From: Paraspadella gotoi
Lineage: Eukaryota > Animalia > Chaetognatha
Assembly: GCA_051294375.1 (NCBI GenBank)
Contig: CM119267.1
Coordinates: 3,522,192 to 3,586,191, forward strand
DNA: 64,000 nt
Direction: 5' to 3'
The position numbers and the translations under genes were made by a program. The notes beneath the pieces were generated by a model that saw only the letters and a program-made list of their open reading frames with translations, was not told the DNA's origin and searched no databases. Of this stretch, positions 47,235 through 59,821 are shown piece after piece (the first letter of the stretch is position 1; each line of letters starts with the position of its first letter).

Positions 47235-50200
47235 ATGGAGTCGGGGAAGTTAAGGCAGGCGCTGGATGAGATCGTCCGGAGATGCAAGTCTGCGGGTCAC
47301 GGCCTCCACGTCTTCGACCCCAGCGACATCTTTTACGAGGAGATCGTGGGCAGAGGGGAGGAGGGGATTGTGCAACTCTGTCGGGTCAACTATCACGGCC
47401 TCGAGGAACTGGCCGCCATCAAGGTGGGTCGATATGAGGAATCCTCAGTGTGGAGCCGATTGACCTGAATCCCTCGTCGGGGGCAAATCATTACACGGTT
47501 CTCTTTCTCCCCCAGACGATTACGACCAATGGGGGTAAGGAAATGATCGATTTCCTCTTGCAAGAGTTGGAGATGATTGTCATGGGCAGCGACGCTTTAT
47601 CTGATGCTGTTCTCAAGGTTTGAGAAAAAATCCTAAATGATTAAATTAAAATATTAATACTTAAAGGGAATTTTGTTTTGTCCCGAAAATTTTTTAATAA
47701 AGACAAGTTGAAACTTTCTGACTGGGTAACATTTTAAATTTAAAATGTAACTACCGCTAAATTTTTAAGGTATTTGGCGTTGCCTTGGTTCCCGTTAATC
47801 TTAAAACCCGAAGCCATCACTCGGCCATGTGCCACTTGGGCATCGTGATGGAACGCGGCTTTTGCAACCTTTTCCAACTGCTCGTCGGCGAGGACTTGGA
47901 TTTGGCTCTGAGGGTGGTCATTATGCGGCAGCTGGCGCGTGCCGTTCACCACCTTCACTCGGGCGAACCTCGCATCGTTCACCGCGACATTAAACCTCAA
48001 AACATTGTCGTCACTGAAGCCGAGAGATCTGAGCGGACGGGCCGTTTGAGATCTGTCAAGGTCAAGCTCATTGATCTTGGTGAGTCGAGCAACAGACGAT
48101 TTATTTGCTTTAAATGAATCAATTTATTTGCCAATTTACCATCAGGAATGGCATGCACCGTTTCGGAGCCAGAGGAAAAGATTTCTTGCGTCGTTGGCAC
48201 TGAAGGATATCACGCCCCCGAGATGTGGGAGGAGGCGCCCTATACTTCTAAAGTTGACATTTTCTCGTTGGGCGTCACTTTCATCGTGGTGCTGATGGAC
48301 CAAGAGGCTCTCGGCCGCATCAGTTTCATCCTCGGATCTCTCCATGATGCCAAGGTCGAGGGTGCCGTCGGCCACCGTCTTTTCGACGTCGCTCGTCCTT
48401 TTCTCATGGCCGGGATCGAGAAGGCCGATGGCCTGGAGAACCTTATCTACGCCATGACGACTGGCGCCGCGACGAGACTCAGCGACGCCGGTTACATCCA
48501 TCGCGAACTGACTCGTATCCTCGACGCAGTGTCTCCGGGTCACGATCCGCGCGCCCAAACGCCCTTCGTCTTCGCCAGGGGCAGCTCGCGCGAACCCAAA
48601 CAAACTTCAGCGGCGAAGCGGGGCCACCACGACATCGTGGGGTCAGAGGCTCCCGCCGCCATTTGCGCCTGCTCCTCGAAACCGGCTTCCGGCGACGCCG
48701 AGTGCAGTAAAGACTCAGACTACTCTTCTCACCTATCGGAGGAAGGTTCCGACGCTTCTCTCGATCCTTCGGCGCCGAATCGAGATTCGGGCAACGTCAC
48801 CCCGACCTCCACCCCCGCGGGGACCCCGACCTTGATGAAAGCGGAGCAAAACTGGCAGCCGCCTCGATATCGAAACTTCTTCACGCAGACGCCTAACAGC
48901 GAGAATTTCGTAGAGGCGTTGTCGACGCTGACGACGAGAAGGCGGGCAACTAGATCGAGTCTTTTGATCGGAAGCGGGGAAGCGGCGGATCGATCACACG
49001 ACCGAATCGGTGAGTTGGAAAAAGAGTTGGAGGCGAAAGACGTTGTCATCTGTTGCAAAGAAAAACTGCTGCAAGAAAGGGAGAAGATGCTGACGGAGCA
49101 ACGCAGAAGTCTGCAGAAGATGGAAATACAAAACAAGGAGCTGCGACAGCAACTGATCCTCGTTCGCGCGAGAGAGACTCCATCGCAAACGCGATTTTCG
49201 GACGGCGAGTCGAGGATTCGCCCGCGGTCGTTGGCCGTCGATTTCGAGGGGTCGAGTCGAGGACAGGAAATCGTCAAGACGGAGGTAAAGATGGAACCGA
49301 CTTCGTCCCCTCTTCCATGGGCGAGAGAAGAAACGAAGGAGACGACGACTGCCTGCGTTGGCAGAGCATCTGAAATCAAGCGCGAATCCGTTGATACCAC
49401 GGAGCAAGAGAAAGAATCCGCGGGAAGATCGAAAGGATCGAGAAAACGAAAGATCTGCCTTGAATCTCCGAAACCAGAAGTCGAGGTTCCCACGAAGAAC
49501 TCCAAAGGTGGTCGACGAAGGGCCATCGCGTCGCGGAGGGTCGTCGCGGAAACAAAAGCTGCCGGTTCCGTAGATCCGGTTCAAGTCCAATCGTCGGTAA
49601 TTTCGCCGGGGACAAGAATCGAAGAAAACGACAGCAAAGGCGCCGACGATAAAGTTATTCTGCCGCCCGCGAAGAAGGCGAAGAGAAAGTCCACTGAAGG
49701 AAACGCTGCGACCTGTTCGAGCCATACACTCCGACGATCCGCTCGGAGCACTAAGAGAGGAAGAGATGAGATTCAGTCGAGTCGCGCAGAGAACCGAGAG
49801 GAGACGAAATTAGCCGACACACCTATCATCCCGCAGGCCATCCCATCCAGTGCGGACGCTCAGCAAAACCAGTCGATGGAAGATAACAGTGACTCAAAAC
49901 CCACAGGAGATAACAACACTCGCGAGAATCTAAGAGATTTGGGCGACGCTGCGACGACGGGCGAAAGGTCGCCCCTCGAACCAATATTTTCCGAAGGAGA
50001 TTACCCCGCGTCGACCTGCTCGGAATCCTCGAAGGCTGTGCTTAAGAAAGAAGACGCGCAAACCCTTGCCTTAAATCCTGTCTGTGATAACGAAAGTGAA
50101 ACTTCTCGCGCCGGATCCGCCAAGGCTAACGTCGGACTTCTCTCCCGCGACCCTCTCGACGAAGAAGTTGATGTTACCATTGCGTTCTGTGATAACGTCA

Positions 50201-50955
50201 ACCGAGTCCGCGACGAAAGTTCTTCCCAATCGACGAGCGACTTGGGCGACGAGCGGAGAGAAGAGAGCGACGACGTCCTCTCGGGAGCGGACATTCTCAA
50301 CGAGTCCGACTCTTTAGAGAATTACCGCGAACTTTTCGGCGAGAAAACTTACGCCAGAGGAAGAGAGAAGAGAAAGCGTTTGGCGGATCCGAGTCAACGT
50401 CTCGCCGAGATTGAAACCCCACCGAGCCTTCAAGGCGCCTCGTTTAACATCGCCTCTTCCACTACGTTATCGCTGTGGAATTTTCGGGAAATTCCCGATC
50501 TCGATTGGATTGTCAACAATGAATCTACAGGTCAGAGTCGCTCTCAGTCGGAGTCCAACGACTCGTCGAAAGAATTAAGTCCAATTAAGCTTTTAGCGGT
50601 CAAAGGCAAATCGGGGGTGTCTAAGTCGGGCAAAGCATCACAGAAAAAATCAACGACGTCGACAACGAGAAAAGACTCAGACGAGTCGCCTCGCGCGACT
50701 GTCGAGCGACCCGCTCATCGATTTCTGCCATTGTCGCCCAGGAATTACGCGGCGGCGTTTTCCTCAATGCCTCTGACTCCCCCGCCGCCCCCGCCGCTCA
50801 TCACCAACATCGCCACTGGGGCTTTAGCGCATTTCGCTTCCTCCGGCGAAATCAGTGTCGCTCAAAAGCTGCAACCCACAAACCTGCAAAGGGACATGTT
50901 CGAAATGAGTCCGGTCAATCGGCACGTTACTCTTTCGCCGAAAATTTCCATATAA
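47235..50955 (+). CDS. divergent Ser/Thr protein kinase with about 800-aa disordered/coiled-coil C-terminus, 4 exons
   Basis: VGRGEEGIV, AAIK, HRDIKPQN, DLG, GTEGYHAPE, DIFSLG. Confidence 0.88.
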
Positions 50956-51575
50956 TTTTTTTTATGTAACTTTAGGTAAAAAAAAAATAGCGCGTATCTA
51001 TAAACTTTGATTCGCTCGAAACGTTTTTGATAAATTTGAAATTTTGTGTGCGTTTTCAGTATATATTGACAATCGTTAATCATCGCTCGAGACGTAGTTT
51101 GTCACAATTATAACTCTCCCCTTTATCCAATCAGTTGTTGTCATTCATGAATGGCCTCATTATTATCATCATCATGTTGCGTGGAAATTATTAATATACG
51201 ATTACCCCAATTTTTTCCGTACTAAGTCTTTCATTGTGATTTCCGCTTGCATAGTGTACAATTGTACACTCAAACGGAGCCTCTGTTAGATTAGCCTCAA
51301 TTACGTTATTTTAGTAAATTTTTTTTAACGCCAACTGTCGTTTGAGTTAGACTTCGAGACGAATTCTGTGTTTGTTTGTATTTATTTACGGTATGCCAAG
51401 GCATTTGTAGCCATTGTTATTTCGATTCTGTACTAGAATTAATTTAGGGTGGCGGATTAATTAAAAAAAAATGTTAGTTTGACATAACTGACACGTCCAA
51501 CGGTCAAACTAAAACGTTTCGCAGCGAGCGAATCGAGTCGAGTCTTCCATCGGAAACTTAATTCGAGGAAATAAA

Positions 51576-53294
51576 ATGAGGATGTTGAAACGCTTCACGA
51601 ATTGTCGCCTCGTCAGAGAGGGTAAATTAGTTCGTGACGATCTTTGGGTTCGACAGGTAAGGGAAAAAAAAAGAATAGCGACCATTTTTTAGCCGGGACA
51701 AGTTTTTTTCTCAAGTCGTCTTCGGTCCCACGCGACAGGGAAAGATCGTCGACCCGGAAAAGATTTACTTCGACGAAAAGGTGATCGCGGACGAAGTGAT
51801 CGATTGCCACAACGCCGTCGTGTCCCCGGGATACATCGATATTCAAGTGACGTAGTCTCGATTCCCTCAATCCGGGCGTCGACGGCGTCGTCCATAATCT
51901 TTTCTTCCGATTGCCCTTAGATCAACGGCGGCTTCGGCGTCGACTTCAGTCGCCTCATGGACAATCCCGCGGAAGAGGTCGCCAAAGTGGCCAAAGGAAT
52001 CCTGTGTCACGGAGTGACGGCCTTTTGCCCCACGCTGGTCACTACCACCCAGGATATCTACGAGAAGATTGTGCCAAAGGTTATTTTTAATTCGCACAGA
52101 AATTCGAGAGAAAATTCGAGTTTTTGTTTTTATTTGGTTTCGATCTTTCTTAGATCAAACGAACAAACGGGAGCCGAGATGGCGCCGCAGTTCTTGGACT
52201 TCATCTGGAAGGACCATTCATCTCTCCTGACAAAAAAGGAGCTCATCCTCCGGAATGCATGCTGTCTCTTAAAGGAAAGTTTTGTCATTATTTTATTTAA
52301 AACTTAACGTCACGTGACCGGATGGATTAATCCCACAGGCGGTTTAAAAAATATCAAAAAGACGTACGGCGGCGACATTTCGAACGTCTCATTGTTGACG
52401 CTAGCGCCGGAATTGGAAGGCGCCGTGGATGCTGTGGGCGAGCTCGTCGAAAGCGGAGTCGTCGTCTCATTGGGGCATTCCACGGCCGACCTGAAGACGG
52501 GTGAAGAGGCCGTCCGGAAGGGAGCCACTTGCATCACGCATCTCTTCAACGCAATGTCTTCCTTTCATCATCGGTAAATTTGATAGGTTTATACATTATA
52601 CAAGCCAAGTTATCTTCATTAATTTTAACTTACCCAGAGATCCGGGTCTAGTGGGGCTTCTGACTTCAGACCAGATCGGTTCGCGTCATGTTTACTACGG
52701 TTTGATCGCCGACGGAATCCACACTCATCCGGCCGCCTTGAGGTGAGTCGGTTTTTCTTATAATTGATGCATTCGGATTTTTGTTTATTTTTCTCTTTTT
52801 GCAAGATTTGCGCACAAAATGGATCCTCACGGTTTGATCTTAATCACCGACGCGGTGCCCGCCTTGGGTCTCTCCATCGGAACCCACACCATCGGGCGCA
52901 TGGAGGTCGAGGTCTTAGACGATCGCGCCGTCATCGCCGGAACTAATACGCTTTGCGGGTCCATCGCCCCCATGGACAAATGCATTCAAAACTTTTATTG
53001 TTCGACTGGTAATAAATTGGAGGAAGCTGGTTTTTGAAAGGAGAGTTCTATAGTAATATCGCCTCTGTCTTTTCAGAAGCGTCCATGGTTGAAGTTCTGG
53101 AGATGGCGACCTTGCACCCGGCGCGCCTTCTTGGCATCGAGTGCCGAAAGGGGACGTTGGCCTTTGGCGCCGACGCGGATTTCATCATCCTCGATCATCA
53201 GTTGAATCTGATGGCCACTTATGTCGCAGGGGATCTCGTCTATTCCGCCAAAAAGGACGGAGAAATATCGGAGCTGGGAAGGTTGCAACTCTGA
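51576..53294 (+). CDS. AMDHD2: N-acetylglucosamine-6-phosphate deacetylase, multi-exon
   Basis: PGYIDIQ|[68 protein letters not shown]. Confidence 0.95.
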
Positions 53295-53692
53295 TCGAGT
53301 TTTATCATTCTCATAGACTTATTATTTTATTTGTTGAAGAATTATTAGCGTAGTTTTATCAGGGCGACTTCCAGCTCAGGGTTTTGAGTGTGCGGACCAG
53401 TTTCCAAAGTAGATAGCGGTTTAATTTATTGTGATTATTTTTGTACTTTTCCTATCTCAAATATACATACGTCCGATTCTTTTGGTCTCTTTCTTGCCTT
53501 AAATTTACCGAATTTATTCTTTTTACTGTCGTCGTTTTTGATAACGATCTATTTTTAATGATTTATTCATGAATCAAAGGGGACTTTTTTATCGTTGAAT
53601 TTCTCAATCATATATATATTTTTTAACGTCAAACAGATAAGATTTTGGTTTATAACGGACGAAATTTAGTTTTCGAATGGGTTGACTGTATC

Positions 53693-56600
53693 ATGGAGGA
53701 ATCTCCCTCAGTGGAGATCGACGTCTCAGAGACGATGACGTTATCACCGACCGATGCCGACTACGAGACTTCCTTCGAAGGTTAAACCTCTCTTAAAGTT
53801 ATTCTAACAGAGGGTATAACAGAGGGGTAATAATAATCTAAGAGCTTGGATTAGGGAACGGCTGAATTGTATGTAAAAAAAAGGAAAACTCATTTAAATG
53901 TGGGTTAAATAAAACTTGAATGGAGATTAATGGAAATGGAGGAAACTTAAAAAAAATTAAATTGAATGAAATCCAAAAAAAAACAAAATTGAAACTGAAA
54001 GTTTAACGGCAGGCAGGCACTGATGAACGTAGTTGAGAACGGTAGAGAGAAATGAATTGGGGGGAAAAAAAAGTTTGTTATGCTTTCAGTCCATATGGCC
54101 TCTTTATCTCATCTCCCCACAGAGATAAGCTCAGAGAAGGTGAACGAGCCAGAGCGACGAAATAGACGTAATGAATGGACGAAATAAACGAAGTGGACGG
54201 AATGAGTAAACGAAGAGAGTTGTAGACGGAGTGAGCACAGGAGAGCACCATTTTCGTGACGTATTGTAGTAGTGGTTGGCCTTGTAGAGGTAGGGCGTTC
54301 CCCTAATGTGCTAGGAGTGGAGAGACCGTAATGAAGAAGCGACGTGGAAGTTGTTGAAACGAAGTTGTAGAGGGCCGGAACAGTCTCCTCCAACTGGGCC
54401 TATAATGGACATAGAACATGAAAGGATGTTGAGGTACCAAAGAGTGACACTTTATTTGTGGGATAAAGTTGCATTAACTAATACTGCCACTATTTCTCCA
54501 AAGTTGTTGCTGTCATTAAGCCGGGAGAACGGCGTGAAATCAGATGATTTACCTTTGTGATGAATAGAGTTCCAAATGAGTAAGACTTGAGAGAGAGTTG
54601 ACACGTGTCAAAAGAATGAGTAGCCTGTAAGTGATTCCGTTAAAACATTTTTTAAATTTTCAAATGAAATTCTAAATAGTTAACTAGAATGAATAAGCCT
54701 GAGTTTTTTCAACTTGGAAACTGAAAATTCCAAAACCGGTCAATGCACCACTCTAACAGAGGGGTATCTCTGTTGTGATGATGGTTACCCTGATAAACAT
54801 GACATCGGTTACTATAGGTTAGTGGATAATTATTCAGTGACTTACTTAATGTTTGAAGGCTACTTGACTGGCTTCTTGGTAAGACTAATGAACTAGAGAG
54901 TTAGGCTTGCAATGTATTCAAGTATAGACCTATGAAAAGATAGCAATTACATGTTAATATCTTAATGGATGCTAAACCTAAGTGTTGAGCTAGCAAGAGC
55001 ATAGTGGTTCAAAACCGACCCTTGTAATCCTAGCTGACTAAGGGATAATTCTCTGAGAATATATTTTCTTTACTAAACATAGAAAGGTCAGCTGGAATCA
55101 CAAGAATAGTTAAAGTAATAAACTAGCAATTATGACAATTAAATCATTAATTATTTAGCTATTAACGGAACCACAAATAAACATGATCATTTACTAATGT
55201 AAAATAATAATATTAAACCTTTAAGGTAATAGAATAAGTATTTATCAAAGCTTAATCAAAATACGACAATATGCAAATGAGATTGAGGAACTCAATCTCA
55301 TTTCAGACAATTCACAAATTAATCTGCTACATTATTTTTAAATCATTAGAGTATAGGTAGTTCATCATTATTCAGACGAAATCAACGTGTACAGCATTCC
55401 GCACAGTCGAATGCGTCGGTTGGCCCAGATGGCCGTCGACAAGTTAAAAAGCACCAACTGCTCCAACGCCTGCGACCTTCTCACGACCGTCAAAACTCTC
55501 TCCCGCGTTTTTTACGAGTTCAAGACGCACGAACGGATCGAGAACGAATGCATCATGAGACGATTGCAGGTCGGGATTATAACAGGAAGTAGCCCGAGGC
55601 TATTTTCCATTTCTTAAGTTTACTCACCTTTTAAGGCTAAGCTAAACAAGCTGAACATTCAAAACACTGCCGTGTGCAACTGTCACAAGGACGACGAATT
55701 GTCGAAAATGCTGAAAGTGAGTCAATGATTACATGTAATATTTTGGTTTGTTATATATGAACCTCTTATTGAAATCTGAATTTGTTTTTAGCTGTTCTCG
55801 GAGGGAATTCGTTATTCCACCAAATCTGAATCCGAGAGAATAAGTTATGGCCTCAAGTTGCAGAGGGAACTGGAAAAGTTCCAAGAACATTTCTTGCCGC
55901 ACATGCAAGAAGAGGAGGACATTTTTCAACCGCTTTTGGTCGAATACTTTTCCGTCGAAGAGTTGAAAGAGCTCAAAGAGAGCGTTTTAAAGGTATGACG
56001 GCGTTTTGCCCACTCATTGACGGTAATGGGATTGCTTTGTTTTAATACGGATTTATTTTGGGACCCGCGTCCTAAATTACAGCAACATCAGATGTGGAAC
56101 AACATGGACAACCTTGAAGATTTGGTCAATCAATACGACGATAATCCGTGGACGACGTCAAACCGAACCAACTCGTCGACGACGACGTCGATAAAGACTT
56201 GGTCGGGAACCTCATCGTCCTCGTTTCATCTTACCAGCCTCTTCGATGAGAAGACCTCTCCCGACATTGTATCGCTTTACATTGGTACGTGTAGACGAAG
56301 GATAATAATTTTATATCAAAGACTAGTACGGGAAGTTCTTTCAAATAACTTTCCTATAAAGAAAATTAATATAACCCTGAATAAAATATATTATTAATAT
56401 CAATTTCACCCAGAGTCTTTGGATGACGCGTCGAACCCGGGATGTGGCTACGTCAAGTCGCAATCAGTGATCGAAGAGAAGATCCTCCTTGATTCTTTAT
56501 ACGGTAGTTGAAAATTTTCGGAAGAGACGCTCGTTATTTTTTTGTTTTTTTCACCGTCGTCTTATTTTGACTCGATTCTAGGTAAAACGACGGGGAGCCT

Positions 56601-58388
56601 CAACGGATCAGCGCCGCATTTTTCCTCCAACTCTCGTCTTCATTCTCCCGCCAAGACGACTTCGCAGGGGAACGTCCCTTTCATCAGCATGTTACCGTCG
56701 GAGATTCTCGCCCGCGTCTTCACTTACTTGACCATCAGCGACCTCTGTCGCGTTTCGCAGGTTTTAATGGCCGAATCGGCATTGTTTCCTATTTTTAACC
56801 CGAGCCATCCTTATGTTTTTTTTTCCTCCTCAATTTCTCAAGGTGTGTCGTCAATGGAACGCGGTGGCGCTCGACGCTCACCTATGGTTGACGTTGGCTC
56901 CGCTCGTTTGGCTCGAGTCGTTAAAGGACGAGCGGAAGCGCGACGTCTCGTGGCAAAACATCGAGACCGAGTCTTTGGCGTCGACGGCGATGACTGACGC
57001 TGAGGGCGACCGTCTTGTTCCGCTTTTGAGCGAAGATTCCGATTCGACGGGTAAGTTTTGTATTCGGACATCTGTCTCCTTCACACCCACACATACAAAT
57101 ACTAATGATTTATCATCTTTCTCAATCAGCTTCCCGTGTCGAGATTCAGAGCCTCGGCGGTTCCAGCCTCGTCAGCGAACCAGGTTTTCGACGCGAACAG
57201 TCAGCCATCGCCTCCATCACGTACCATTTGGCGCCGCGCATCGGCACACGCGTCTCAAAGCTTTCGCTGGCCGGAAGCCGATCACTCACGAATGTTTTGC
57301 TGAGAAAACTGCTTCACTACATCCCCAACGTGACTCACTTGGACGTCAGGGACACTAGGTTTTATCTCGCTATATTTCGTTTTTTCATTAAATTAACGTT
57401 GGTTGTGTAATAATGAATGGTTCAATTTGACAGAATAGGCGATGCTGCCTTCAAGTCGCTGAATCGACACCGCGGGGTTGGAGACGCTGGAGACGTCGAT
57501 GACGTGGGCCCTTGTCTAGGTCGCCTTCGGTTTTTAAATCTCTCCGGATGCGTCAATTTTACCGACGAGGGACTTCGCCGTCTCTTGGCGACAATGGACG
57601 GCGCCTTGACCCGAATCAGCGCCGAAGCTGAATCGGGACTCTCTCTTTTGTCGCAGGATGACAGGTGATGAAAATCTTTAAATCTTCGTGATGAGCTTCT
57701 ATTCTATCCAATCCTAAGCCTAATTTCCGTTGCGTCCAGGTTGACGAATCGCGACTGCGAATCCATCCGGTCCTCGGTCAGCGGACGCGTCGATCTCGGA
57801 AGCGCCGTCTGCAAACCTTCGATCGACGACACGGAATTCCAGGGTCTTGTCATCGGCGAAGATCAGATGCGCGCCATGCGAGAGAGAGCTTTGATGTTGC
57901 GACGGAGAAACTCTATTTCCGGAGAACGTCGGGGTAAAACCGTTATGGCGAAGGAGGACTCGCCTTGCGGTTCTTGCGACTATTCGTCGGTTTGTCCCGT
58001 TGGCAAAAGGGTCACTTTAATCGCGGAAGGTCCCGCCTTAGCACTGGACGCGAAAGGCGATTCCGCATTGCCCTCGCGTCCTCTGGAGTTCGTCAGCCTT
58101 TCCGGCTGTTACCAGATAACCGACGAAGGTCTCACGATCCTCTCCACGGGCACCCACGACAACGCTGTTCGTCCCGGCTTCCCCAACTTGCGGCACTTGG
58201 ATCTCTCCGGCTGCATGAACGTCTCGGTGGAGGGAATCCTCCCGCTGCTCGATTCGTGTCCCCTCATCAATTTGGCCAAATTCTTTTATTGCGACAACTT
58301 GTCGCTGGGCGACGAGATTGACGACCTCTCCTCGGGCTGTAGAAATCTGCAGCGAGGCTCCCGCGCCTGCTGCCGTCTTGGCATTTAG
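53693..58388 (+). CDS. FBXL5: F-box/LRR protein 5 (iron/oxygen-sensing SCF adaptor), multi-exon
   Basis: Hemerythrin ligands PHSRM, EFKTHERIENE, CHKDDE and FLPHMQEEED; F-box LPSEILARVFTYL; LRRs; C-terminal 2Fe-2S cysteines FYCDN...SGCRNLQRGSRACCR. Intron 1 is 53781-55375. Confidence 0.93.
54109..55052 (-). pseudogene. antisense spliced-looking tract (decayed gene, lncRNA or TE relic) inside FBXL5 intron 1
   Basis: Minus-strand GT-AG introns at 54977-54930, 54845-54790 (gtaagt..ctaac..atcag) and 54552-54400. The last two exons are in frame, but the middle exons contain stops. Confidence 0.35.
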
Positions 58389-58799
58389 AGAAAACAAATT
58401 TATTTGTGATATAATTTATTTTTTAAAAGAAATCAAATAAAATAAAAAAATAGCTTTTTTTTTTTTAATCTTGTTTTTTCACAGTTATTTATTACTAGAC
58501 GTTAAAAAACTTGTTTGTTGACACAATAGGTGAGTTTTGCGTCTTGATTCTGATCCCAGTTCTACCTTCGCAGCTCTCATGGCTGCGCATTTGCTTCTTG
58601 ATGTCGTTACCAAAACTGCTCTTTAACATTTATATTCATACTAATCAGACATAAAGAAATTTTTATAACAACCAAAAATAAAAATTAACCATTCATTTAA
58701 TTTGATTTTTGTAAAATTGCTTTCCGTCTGCGGTAAGGTTAACCTTTTTCTGCTTCACATTTCAGTCTCATTTTTTCCTCGAGCGAGCGAGACGAAACA

Positions 58800-59701
58800 A
58801 TGGCGAAATTGGGCAAAGAGTTTCCCAATTTCGAGGCTGTGACGACGCAAGGGAAGATCGACTTTCACGAGTGGTTGGGGGGATCGTGGGCGATCCTCTT
58901 CTCCCACCCGGCCGACTACACTCCGGTCTGCACCACCGAGTTGGCTAAGGCCATCGCCTATCAAGAGAAGTTCGCCCAAAGGTTTCTTTCGCCTATTTTG
59001 GTCACGCTGTTTGAATATTGTCAGTGTCTTGTTAGCATTCTATCCCGCCCCGGTGTTTTTTTTTAGAGGCGTCAAAATGATCGCCCTCTCGTGTGACTCC
59101 GTGGAAGACCACCTCGGTTGGACCAAGGACGTGGAGTCTTATTGCAGTCAAAAGTTTTGCTCTGAAGGAAACAACAGCATGAAGTTTCCTATCATCGCTG
59201 ACGAGGACAGGAAACTCGCGGAGAAGTTTGGAATGCTCGATCCCGACGAAGTGAATGCAGCGGTGAGTATTAAAACTAATCGATTTTTCTTTCTTTCGGG
59301 ATACTTATTGTATGCAACTTGTCTTACCCTCTGAATCAGGGAATCCCTTTGCCGGCGCGAGCCTGCTTCGTCATTGGCCCCGACAGACGCCTCAAACTCT
59401 CCATTCTTTATCCGGCGACTACGGGCAGAAACTTTGACGAGATCCTCCGCGTCATCGACTCTCTTCAACTCACCGCCGAAAAAAAGGTAAGTTCTTTCTT
59501 TTAATGACTTGCGATGATTGAATTTTTTACAGATTCTTCCACGCATTGTAGGTGGCGACGCCCGTGAACTGGAACAGCGGCGACAACTGTATGGTGTTGC
59601 CGAACATTAAACCCGACGACGCCCATGGAATGTTTCCCGAGCATAAGACAGTAGATCTGCCTTCCGGAAAGTCCTATCTGAGGACGACTCCGCAGCCTTG
59701 A
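58800..59701 (+). CDS. PRDX6: 1-Cys peroxiredoxin (peroxiredoxin-6), 4 exons
   Basis: [57 protein letters not shown]. Confidence 0.97.
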
Positions 59702-59821
59702 ATAGATCTGGACTTAAAAAAATCTTTGAAGTCTAACTGTGATGGTGAAGTTCACTTTTGTTATTTGCTTTCAATGTTCATTCTTTATTTTTCTATGCAT
59801 GTTTAAACTTGAGAAACAATT

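Noticed and set aside
58860-58900. PRDX6 GGSWA in place of the GxSxG lipase motif
   Set aside because: As far as I know this variant is common in invertebrate 1-Cys peroxiredoxins, and the peroxidatic PVCTTE motif is intact.
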